This document shows, piece by piece, positions 1-6,580 of a DNA stretch of 12,720 bases; position 1 is the stretch's first letter; every line of letters begins with the position of its first letter. The position numbers and the translations under genes were made by a program. Under the pieces are notes generated by a model that worked only from the letters and a program-made list of their open reading frames with translations, had not been told where the DNA came from and did no database searches. Source of the stretch: a virus (Duplodnaviria > Heunggongvirae > Uroviricota > Caudoviricetes); IMG/VR virus record IMGVR_UViG_2690316152_000008, positions 1-12,720 of that record. One strand, given 5' to 3'.

Positions 1-40
1 GATTTACAGCGGCAAGTTTTACTTCAAATGAATGTTTCAT
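1..40 (-). CDS. 5' end of an unidentified CDS running off the window edge (N-terminus MKHSFEVKLAAVN...)
   Basis: ATG at 40..38 on minus strand, preceded by AAGGTG 6 nt upstream; open to position 1. Only 13 codons visible. Alternative reading: the 3' end of a plus-strand gene stopping at 40-42 (TAA). Cannot be resolved from this window. Confidence 0.25.
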   Translation of the reverse strand, partial: MKHSFEVKLAAVN

Positions 41-92
41 AAACTGCACCTTCAGATGTCAGATTATGTCCAACATTTGGGGTGCAGTTCAA

Positions 93-157
93 TCAGCGTC
101 GCATCAGGCATCCTGCTCAAATGCCGGATGCGGCGTAAACGCCTTATCCTGCCTACA
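93..157. repeat. REP (repetitive extragenic palindromic) element pair downstream of cpxA
   Basis: GCCGGATGCGGCGTAAACGCCTTATCCTGCCTACA at 123-157 matches the enterobacterial REP consensus; an inverted partial copy (GCGTCGCATCAGGCATCCTGC) lies at 96-116. A further hairpin GCGGAGTTTAACTCCGC at 160-176 overlaps the cpxA stop codon. Confidence 0.7.
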
Positions 158-166
158 ATGCGGAGT

Positions 167-1540
167 TTAACTCCGCTTATACAGCGGCAACCAAATCACC
201 AGCCGTAAACCGCCCAGCGGGCTGTCTTCTGCTTTAACCCAGCCGCGATGCTGCTGAATGGCGGTTTCAACAATCGCCAGCCCCAAACCTGTACCGCCAG
301 ATTCACGATCGCGTGCTTCATCGGTACGATAGAACGGACGGAAAATCTGTTCGCGATCTTCCGGGCTAACGCCAGGACCATCGTCGTCCACCGTAATGGT
401 GATACCGTCTTTATCTACCGCAAAGCCCACTTCAATCTTCGTATGGGAATAACGCAGAGCATTACGAACAATGTTTTCCAGCGCACTTTCCAGGGCGTTC
501 GGATTGCCGTACAGCGGCCACGGCCCAGGAGGGAAGTTAACTGTCAACGACTTGCCCATTTGCTCGGCTTCGAACGCCGCGTTATCCAGCACTTCACTCC
601 ACAACTGATTGGCTTTGATGGTCTCGCTAACCAGCGCGTTTTTTTGCTGATTACGTGACATCACCAACAGGTCGTTAATCATGCTGTCCAGACGTTGCGC
701 TTCGGTTTCAATACGCTCCAGTTCCTTGCTTTCACCGCTACGACGGCGCAGTAACGCCGTACCCAGTTGTAGACGCGTCAGCGGGGTGCGCAGCTCGTGA
801 GAGATATCAGAAAGCAGACGCTGCTGAGAGGTCATCATGCGCTCCAGCGCGGTGACCATCTGGTTAAAACTGGCACCAGCGGCAAGGAATTCCTGTGGCC
901 CCGCTTCAAGTTCCGGGTGCTGGCGTAAGTTTCCCTGGGCAACTTCATCGGCAGCGTTTTTCAGCTTACGCGCCGGTTTTGCCAGACTCCAGGCCAACCA
1001 CAACAGCAGCGGCGTACTGACCAACATGGTGACAATCAGCAGTAATAGCGGGCGGTCAAACAGTAAGTTAATGAAATCGGATTGAGAACTGCTGGCCGGA
1101 CGAATCAGATAAAGTTGGTAATTATCTTCGCCATCACGCACGGAGAACGGACCGACCAGTTCCACGCGGCCATACTTTTTCTTCTGCGGATGATCGGCGT
1201 TATCGGCCTGACCAATAAAGTTACGAATGATCTGCATTTCGCTGCGTTCAGCGCCGATCACGCGGCCTTCGGTGGTCACCAATAACAAACGCTGTCCTGG
1301 CGGTGCCCACTTATCAATCGCCCGGAACAGACGCCGCCACCACATTAAATCGTTGGGCGGATCGTTCGCCAGCTCCGCTTCGACATGCTGCTCAATCATC
1401 AGACCCTGACGCTGTTCGCTATCCAGAAGCTCGGTCATCTGGCGTGAATCGAGCTTGGGTAACATCAAAACCAACATCAACACCAGCGCCAGCGTCAGCC
1501 AGAAGATGGCGAAGATGCGCGCGGTTAAGCTGCCTATCAT
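167..1540 (-). CDS. cpxA: Two-component sensor histidine kinase CpxA (457 aa)
   Basis: ORF translation has two N-terminal TM segments, an H-box (SHELRTPLTRL) and G-box (GGTGLGLAIV); length and sequence recognised as enterobacterial CpxA; 4-bp ATGA overlap with the upstream response regulator gene. Confidence 0.97.
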   Translation of the reverse strand: MIGSLTARIFAIFWLTLALVLMLVLMLPKLDSRQMTELLDSEQRQGLMIEQHVEAELANDPPNDLMWWRRLFRAIDKWAPPGQRLLLVTTEGRVIGAERSEMQIIRNFIGQADNADHPQKKKYGRVELVGPFSVRDGEDNYQLYLIRPASSSQSDFINLLFDRPLLLLIVTMLVSTPLLLWLAWSLAKPARKLKNAADEVAQGNLRQHPELEAGPQEFLAAGASFNQMVTALERMMTSQQRLLSDISHELRTPLTRLQLGTALLRRRSGESKELERIETEAQRLDSMINDLLVMSRNQQKNALVSETIKANQLWSEVLDNAAFEAEQMGKSLTVNFPPGPWPLYGNPNALESALENIVRNALRYSHTKIEVGFAVDKDGITITVDDDGPGVSPEDREQIFRPFYRTDEARDRESGGTGLGLAIVETAIQQHRGWVKAEDSPLGGLRLVIWLPLYKRS

Positions 1541-2235
1541 GAAGCAGAAACCATCAGATAGCCGCGACCACGCAAGGTTTTAAACCATGGGTGACCATCT
1601 TTACGATCCGGCAGTTTACGACGCAGGTTGGAAATGTGCATATCGATAGCGCGGTCGAAGGGCGTCAGGCGTTTGCCCAGCACTTCCTGGCTTAAATGTT
1701 CACGGGAAACCACCTGACCCAGATGCTGTGCCAGCAAATAGAGCAGGGTAAACTCAGTGCCGGTTAACTCCAGCGTTTGCCCGTCGAAGCTGGCTTCCTG
1801 ACGGCCTGGATTCAGCACTAAGGCATCAACTTCAAGCGTCGGTGAACCGTTGTCGTTGTTTTGCTGTTGCTCGCTCCAGTGCGAACGGCGCAGGATCGCG
1901 CGAATACGTGCCACCAGCTCACGATCATTAAACGGTTTCGGGAGATAGTCATCTGCGCCCAGCTCAAGGCCGAGAACGCGATCAAGTTCACTGCCGCGCG
2001 CCGTCAACATAATGACAGGCGTCTGGTGTGTCTGGCGAAGTGCTTTTAATGTGTCGATACCATTTTTCTTCGGCATCATTACATCAAGCAAAAGTAAATC
2101 AATGCTGTCGTCCAGAAGATCAAGCGCCTGTTCCCCATCGTGGGCAACAATCACGTTGAAGCCTTCCATCTCGAGCAGCTCCTTTAATAGGGAAGTCAGC
2201 TCTCGGTCATCATCAACTAACAGGATTTTATTCAT
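1537..2235 (-). CDS. cpxR: OmpR-family response regulator CpxR (232 aa)
   Basis: Receiver domain (LLVDDD...LLLLDVMMP...K) plus winged-helix C-terminus; recognised as CpxR; GGAGG SD upstream of the ATG at 2235; operon partner of cpxA. Confidence 0.97.
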   Translation of the reverse strand: MNKILLVDDDRELTSLLKELLEMEGFNVIVAHDGEQALDLLDDSIDLLLLDVMMPKKNGIDTLKALRQTHQTPVIMLTARGSELDRVLGLELGADDYLPKPFNDRELVARIRAILRRSHWSEQQQNNDNGSPTLEVDALVLNPGRQEASFDGQTLELTGTEFTLLYLLAQHLGQVVSREHLSQEVLGKRLTPFDRAIDMHISNLRRKLPDRKDGHPWFKTLRGRGYLMVSAS

Positions 2236-2384
2236 TGTTTAAATACCTCCGAGGCAGAAATTACGTCATCAGACGTCGCTAATCCATGACTTTACGTTGT
2301 TTTACACCCCCTGACGCATGTTTGCAGCCTGAATCGTAAACTCTCTATCGTTGAATCGCGACAGAAAGATTTTGGGAGCAAATG
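2236..2384. promoter_or_regulatory. Divergent cpxRA / cpxP promoter region with a CpxR box
   Basis: Minus-strand GTAAA-ACAAC-GTAAA (plus 2291-2305, TTTACGTTGTTTTAC) matches the CpxR consensus GTAAA-N5-GTAAA; a second half-site GTAAA lies at 2336-2340; sits between divergent cpxR and cpxP starts. Confidence 0.75.
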
Positions 2385-2885
2385 ATGCGCATAGTTACCG
2401 CTGCCGTCATGGCCTCAACGCTGGCAGTCAGTTCATTAAGCCACGCTGCTGAAGTCGGTTCAGGCGATAACTGGCATCCGGGTGAAGAACTTACGCAGCG
2501 CAGTACGCAGAGCCATATGTTCGACGGCATAAGTTTAACCGAACATCAGCGTCAGCAGATGCGAGATCTTATGCAACAGGCCCGGCACGAACAGCCTCCT
2601 GTTAATGTTAGCGAACTGGAGACAATGCATCGCCTTGTCACCGCAGAAAATTTTGATGAAAACGCTGTGCGCGCACAGGCAGAAAAAATGGCGAACGAGC
2701 AAATAGCTCGTCAGGTTGAGATGGCAAAAGTCCGCAACCAAATGTATCGCCTGTTAACGCCGGAGCAGCAAGCGGTTTTAAACGAGAAACATCAACAACG
2801 AATGGAGCAGTTGCGCGACGTGACGCAATGGCAAAAAAGTTCATCGTTGAAGCTATTGAGTAGTAGCAACTCACGTTCCCAGTAG
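2385..2885 (+). CDS. cpxP: Periplasmic Cpx-pathway protein CpxP (166 aa)
   Basis: Signal peptide ([21 protein letters not shown]) and LTxxQ-type repeats ([18 protein letters not shown]). The track ORF starts at tandem ATG 2382; the second ATG (2385) has better spacing from GGGAG (2374-2378) and gives a 166-aa product. Confidence 0.93.
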
Positions 2886-2925
2886 TAAACCCTGTTTTCC
2901 TTGCCATAGACACCATCCCTGTCTT

Positions 2926-2952
2926 CCCCCACATGATGTGGGGGTTTTTTTT
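2926..2952 (+). terminator. Rho-independent terminator of cpxP
   Basis: Perfect inverted repeat CCCCCACAT-g-ATGTGGGGG (2926-2944) followed by T8 (2945-2952). Confidence 0.8.
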
Positions 2953-3037
2953 ATCAATTACTTACATGCAATCAAAAGTAAAAACAGGTACTTATCGAAA
3001 GCTGTAAGGGGTTGGAGCGGTTTCAAAATTTCTTGAG

Positions 3038-3058
3038 TGTGGACACTATGTGGACACT
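3038..3058. repeat. Tandem direct repeat TGTGGACACT x2 beside the integrase 3' end; candidate arm-type Int binding sites of the attachment region
   Basis: TGTGGACACT at 3038-3047 and 3049-3058 (11-bp register), 14 bp from the int stop codon. Interpretation as arm sites is by analogy to lambdoid/P2 att architecture. Confidence 0.4.
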
Positions 3059-3071
3059 CAGAGGGGGAAAT

Positions 3072-4052
3072 TTATAACGTCACTCCGCCTTTTAGTGGAT
3101 TCAGAGCGACGGCATTTTGCAGATAGTCAGGCGCAAGGTGCGCATAGGCCATCGTCTGCTGAATGCTCGCATGTCCCAGAATCTGTTGCAGTGCGATTAT
3201 ATTGCCCCCATTCATCATGAAATGGCTTGCGAATGTATGCCGCAGGATGTGGGTTGCCTGATTGGGTGGTATATCAGGTTTCACTCTGCGTAAAATCCCG
3301 CAAAATTTCTCATAATCAACTTTGAATAATTTGGCGCTGGCCTCCTCTTTAACTTTTTTCTCCAGTTCCTCAGAAATCGGCACGGTTCGCTTTTTACCGT
3401 TTTTGGTTTTCAGGAAGGTAACCCTGCAATTTGTAATCTGTGCTGGTTTTAGCGTGGCAACTTCCGTCTATCTTCCTCCAGTGCTCAGACATAAAAGCGC
3501 GACAAGTAAGTCATCACCAGCCAAAACATTTAACAGTTTTTCGATTTCTGCTTTTTCCAGGAACGTCATTTCAGGGTTGGCCTCCGCCAGTGGCGGCAGT
3601 CCGTGAATTGGGTGTTGCCCAGAAAATTCATCCAATTGAATTAATTTTGTGAACATGCCGGATAATCGGTACATGTCACGGTTTATCGTTGCGGCACTGA
3701 TACCATCACGTAGTCGCATGGAACGATAATCCATCAAAGCCCTTTTGCTCATCCTGCTCACTGGTATATCACCTATGCCGCTGATGGTTTTGAGTAGATG
3801 ATTAAACTCTTTTGTTCCATGCTCGTGGTTTTGCCCGTGATATTTCCACCAGATGTCCAGCAACTCACTCAAAGTCCGGCGGTCTGCTCGCTGGCCTCCC
3901 CATTCTTTCTGACTGGCATTGGCGATTGTGTATCGCTCAAATGCTAGTGCTTCAGCTTTTCTTTCGAATTTCCTGCGGATGCGTTTTCCGTCGCGACCGC
4001 GAGGTCTAATGTCCACTTCATAGCGACCATCATCGAGCTTCTTAATTGCCAT
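3072..4052 (-). pseudogene. int: P2-type tyrosine integrase interrupted by one in-frame amber codon (TAG at 3470..3468)
   Basis: Track ORFs 3468..4082 and 3072..3383 are in the same frame. Read-through translation gives ...LCLSTGGR*TEVATLK...KTKNGKKRTVPISEEL...HILRHTFASHFMMNGG...LGHASIQQTMAYAH, i.e. box I Arg, HxxR and catalytic Tyr of a tyrosine recombinase. The stop sits where Trp is usual (STGxRW); plus-strand 3468-3470 is CTA. Likely true start is ATG 4052 (GGAGG 8 nt upstream, N-terminus MAIKKLDDGRYEV). Confidence 0.8.
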
Positions 4053-4121
4053 AAGAAAGCCCTCCGGCGCTGTATTCACCATCTTGGTAGCAAATGGTGA
4101 AAATGTAATCTTTATATAGAG

Positions 4122-4415
4122 TTAGCCAATCCTTTTTGCGGAGTGGTTGGACTCTGTTGACTCTGGCCCAATGTGCGCGAGAGCCGGTGCGATTTGTCCT
4201 GCGTCCGGCGCGGTTTTATCTGTCATAAGCCATAGAGCATATTTTTGGAATGTGGGATGCATAGTGATTTTTAGCAAAGCTGTGCCACCGGGTTCAAAGT
4301 TTCCTCCTTCATATTTTTTAAGTGTGCTTAGCGGTAACTCTATGATTTCACAGAATTTTGATTGGCTTAGCCCTTCAGCCTCACGCAAGGCCTTAATCTT
4401 TTCGCTTAATTTCAT
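4122..4415 (-). CDS. C: Prophage immunity repressor, P2 C-like (97 aa)
   Basis: Small protein with an N-terminal helix-turn-helix-like segment (LSQSKFCEIIELPLSTLKKYE), immediately upstream of and co-directional with int, divergent from cox, as in P2 C-int. Symbol assigned by synteny and size, not by search. Confidence 0.75.
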   Translation of the reverse strand: MKLSEKIKALREAEGLSQSKFCEIIELPLSTLKKYEGGNFEPGGTALLKITMHPTFQKYALWLMTDKTAPDAGQIAPALAHIGPESTESNHSAKRIG

Positions 4416-4536
4416 TTGACATGGTGCCTATATAGGGACTAAATTCCCTCAAAACTGGAACCTATATAGGTTCCATTGATTTGAGAATAAACCAGCGTCT
4501 AAACGGTTTTGAGTGGTTTAGAAAGGGCTGGATCCT
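4416..4536. promoter_or_regulatory. Lysis-lysogeny switch region with candidate early promoter and operator palindromes
   Basis: TTGACA at 4416-4421 with TAAATT at 4440-4445 (18-bp spacer) on the plus strand; 10-bp palindrome CCTATATAGG at 4427-4436 and again at 4461-4470 (extended to an 18-bp perfect palindrome GGAACCTATATAGGTTCC, 4457-4474); related CCATATATGG at 4546-4555. Confidence 0.5.
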
Positions 4537-4824
4537 ATGAGGGTACCATATATGGACGCTGAAAATTATGTGATTCAGTATCCGCTTGATGCGGTTCATG
4601 TGGATAAATTTGCTGATTTATTAGGGAAGCCAAAGACAGCCGTCAGTGAAATGGTGAAGGCAAATAAATTACCAATTATTGAATTGCGTGATCCTTGCAA
4701 ACCGAAGGCTCGTGCCGGTGAAAAATGGGTTTTCATTCCTGAGTTTAATCGCGCTGTACGTGAGGCGTTTTATAACCGACCGGTTGAACAGCGTGATGCA
4801 TGGCTTTTGTGGATGGGGTTGTGA
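4537..4824 (+). CDS. cox: Cox-like excisionase / switch regulator (95 aa; 90 aa if started at ATG 4552)
   Basis: First gene of the rightward early operon, divergent from the repressor; small basic protein ending ...RDAWLLWMGL. Start ambiguous: ATG 4537 or ATG 4552 (GAGGG 9 nt upstream). Confidence 0.7.
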   Translation: MRVPYMDAENYVIQYPLDAVHVDKFADLLGKPKTAVSEMVKANKLPIIELRDPCKPKARAGEKWVFIPEFNRAVREAFYNRPVEQRDAWLLWMGL

Positions 4825-4826
4825 TT

Positions 4827-4997
4827 ATGAATGAGCCGCGTTGTATTGCTCAGTTACTGCGTAACGAAAGCCCCAGGGCGATTGACTTCACCATCACCCA
4901 CGGGAAGGGTCGCAAGGGAATCATTATCCGCACCAAAAAACAGAGTCCGTTAAAAAAGGCTCTGACCTTTCTGAAAAGCCGGAGGGTCTGGAAATGA
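4827..4997 (+). CDS. Small early-operon protein (56 aa), in the position of P2 orf78
   Basis: ATG at 4827 lies 3 nt after the cox stop; the track's longer version starts at 4800 inside cox; stop overlaps the next gene's start (ATGA at 4994-4997). Confidence 0.45.
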   Translation: MNEPRCIAQLLRNESPRAIDFTITHGKGRKGIIIRTKKQSPLKKALTFLKSRRVWK

Positions 4998-5494
4998 CAG
5001 TGATGACGCTCAATCTCGTTGAAAAACAGCCAGCAGCTATGCGCCGGATAATTGGTAAGCATCTGGCCGTCCCTCGCTGGCAGGAAACATGCGATTATTA
5101 TAATCAGATGATGGAACGCGAACGGCTAACGGTTTGCTTCCATGCGCAGTTAAAACAGCGTCACGCAACGATGCGTTTTGAAGAAATGAACGACGTCGAA
5201 CGTGAACGGCTGGTTTGTGCAATTGATGAACTGCGTGGGGCATTCTCAAAACGCCGTCAGGTCGGTGCAAGTGAGTATGCATATATTAGCTTTTTAACTG
5301 TCAGTCAGCGCCGTACTTTATTTATGCATGCGGGATTGACTGAAAAAGAATTCAACCAGCCATACTGGCGAATTAATGAAGAGTCATGTTACTGGCGTGA
5401 TGCTTTATTTCGTGCGTTACGTGAATTATTCAGTCTGTTTGAGTATGCGCCGACAATTCTGACGTCGGTAAAACCAGAGCAATATCTGCATTAA
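4994..5494 (+). CDS. Early replication protein, P2 gpB-like by position and length (166 aa)
   Basis: GGAGGG SD at 4981-4986, 7 nt before the ATG; same length as P2 B and same place in the early operon. Assignment by synteny only. Confidence 0.7.
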   Translation: MTVMTLNLVEKQPAAMRRIIGKHLAVPRWQETCDYYNQMMERERLTVCFHAQLKQRHATMRFEEMNDVERERLVCAIDELRGAFSKRRQVGASEYAYISFLTVSQRRTLFMHAGLTEKEFNQPYWRINEESCYWRDALFRALRELFSLFEYAPTILTSVKPEQYLH

Positions 5495-5557
5495 GTAATT
5501 AACCAGAGTTTTTAACGCACTTAATCGTGCGGGGCTTCTTTTTGCCTGGAGAAAGTC

Positions 5558-5782
5558 ATGCATACAGTTTCTGAAAATCAGTGCGGTATATACGCATTAC
5601 TGCTGCAACAGGCCAGAACTGAAGCACAGGCCGACGCTGCGACGCGCTTTTCTTCTCATCTTGACGCCATGATTCGCCACATCACAAAGGCGGAGTTATC
5701 CCGCGTGGAGATAGTCGAGCTGCTCAGTCAGGAGTCGGAAAAATTTCACAATATCGGATTGTCTCGCGGGGAGGTGCTTTGA
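5558..5782 (+). CDS. Hypothetical early protein (74 aa)
   Basis: ATG with GGAGAAAG upstream; stop TGA overlaps the next start by 1 nt (TGATG). Confidence 0.6.
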
Positions 5783-6084
5783 TGTCCTGTTCTCGTTCAG
5801 TTGTATTACTGAATAACGCCTTAAAAATCGCCGTTATGGAGAATGGCGATTTGTCTCTTATTCAACTTAGGTTTGATAAAGAAAAACGCGAAATAACTGA
5901 ATCTGTTTTCGCGATTTATCAGAACGAATTAAATCTCCTGTCTGATGTGGTCAATTTACTTGTTAAACGCGCTGTATTTCATAAGCAAATTTCATCCGTG
6001 GATGAACTGACAAAATTAACGACAGAAATCGCCAGCTATTGCGCTGATGAATTTAAGAAGCTGAACGACAAAAGGAGCTGGTAA
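5782..6084 (+). CDS. Hypothetical early protein (100 aa from ATG 5782)
   Basis: GGGAGGTG at 5768-5775, 6 nt before ATG 5782; the track start at 5779 is a TTG one codon upstream; stop TAA overlaps the next ATG (TAATG at 6082-6086). Confidence 0.6.
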   Translation: MSCSRSVVLLNNALKIAVMENGDLSLIQLRFDKEKREITESVFAIYQNELNLLSDVVNLLVKRAVFHKQISSVDELTKLTTEIASYCADEFKKLNDKRSW

Positions 6085-6308
6085 TGCCGGACAACGTAGA
6101 TTTTATTCAGGAACAACAGGCTGAATTACTGGAGCGCCAGATTAATGCGGCAAGGGTAAAACATTGCGGTGCTTCTGCGCTGGTTTGCGAAGAGTGTGAC
6201 GCGCCAATACCTGCTGCCCGTCGTGCGGCTTATCCGTCAGCCACGCGTTGTGTTTCCTGTCAGTCAGTCTTTGAAGCAAAAAACAAACATTACCGGAGAA
6301 CGGCATGA
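6084..6308 (+). CDS. TraR/DksA-family C4 zinc-finger protein (74 aa)
   Basis: CEEC-x17-CVSC spacing in the translation (C-x2-C-x17-C-x2-C) is typical of the phage/plasmid TraR-DksA zinc finger; AAGGAG 6 nt upstream; ATGA overlap with the next gene. Confidence 0.75.
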   Translation: MPDNVDFIQEQQAELLERQINAARVKHCGASALVCEECDAPIPAARRAAYPSATRCVSCQSVFEAKNKHYRRTA

Positions 6309-6580
6309 GTATTCGTATTGAAATTGGCGAACGTTATGTCGTTACCAGTGACAGCTTTCAGTTTATTCTCCACGAGAAAAAGAGAGCTGAAAGCGGTAAA
6401 AACGCCGGTCAGGAATGGCTGGCGGTGGTTGGTTATTACCCGAAATTAAGCCAGCTCGTTTCCGGCCTGATGCATCACGATATTCTGACCGGAAGCGCAA
6501 AGTCTTTTGCTGATTTAAACGCGCAGGTTGAGCAACTCAGCAAGCGTTGTTCAGAGGCTTTTGGCTCATATGGCCGTTAA
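6305..6580 (+). CDS. Hypothetical early protein (91 aa)
   Basis: GGAG 6 nt upstream of ATG 6305; stop TAA 6578-6580 overlaps the start region of gene A. Confidence 0.6.
   Translation: MSIRIEIGERYVVTSDSFQFILHEKKRAESGKNAGQEWLAVVGYYPKLSQLVSGLMHHDILTGSAKSFADLNAQVEQLSKRCSEAFGSYGR

Noticed and set aside
196-1542. Track ORFs on the plus strand inside cpxA (196..381 is minus but internal; 248..658, 837..1085, 1082..1285, 1227..1409, 1303..1542)
   Set aside because: Overlap the well-supported cpxA reading frame in antisense or alternate frames; low-complexity Arg/Ala-rich translations typical of frames shadowing a GC-rich gene.
1861-2934. Track ORFs 1861..2049, 2012..2242, 2345..2530, 2535..2741, 2638..2934
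   Set aside because: Antisense or out-of-frame overlaps of cpxR and cpxP; no SD; the real genes explain the region.
3322-4419. Plus-strand ORFs 3322..3606, 3440..3652, 3812..4009, 4147..4419
   Set aside because: Antisense to the integrase and repressor genes; no independent support.
4850-5282. Minus-strand ORFs 4850..5062 and 5037..5282
   Set aside because: Antisense to the B-like gene within a tightly coupled plus-strand operon.
5513-5545. Weak hairpin CGCAC...GTGCG followed by a T-rich tract after the B-like gene
   Set aside because: Only a 5-bp stem and it lies inside an operon that appears co-transcribed; not reported as a terminator.
6528-6569. TTG start at 6528 for gene A (772-aa version)
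   Set aside because: The in-frame ATG at 6570 gives a product of P2-A-like length and avoids a 53-nt overlap with the upstream gene; TTG is kept only as an alternative.
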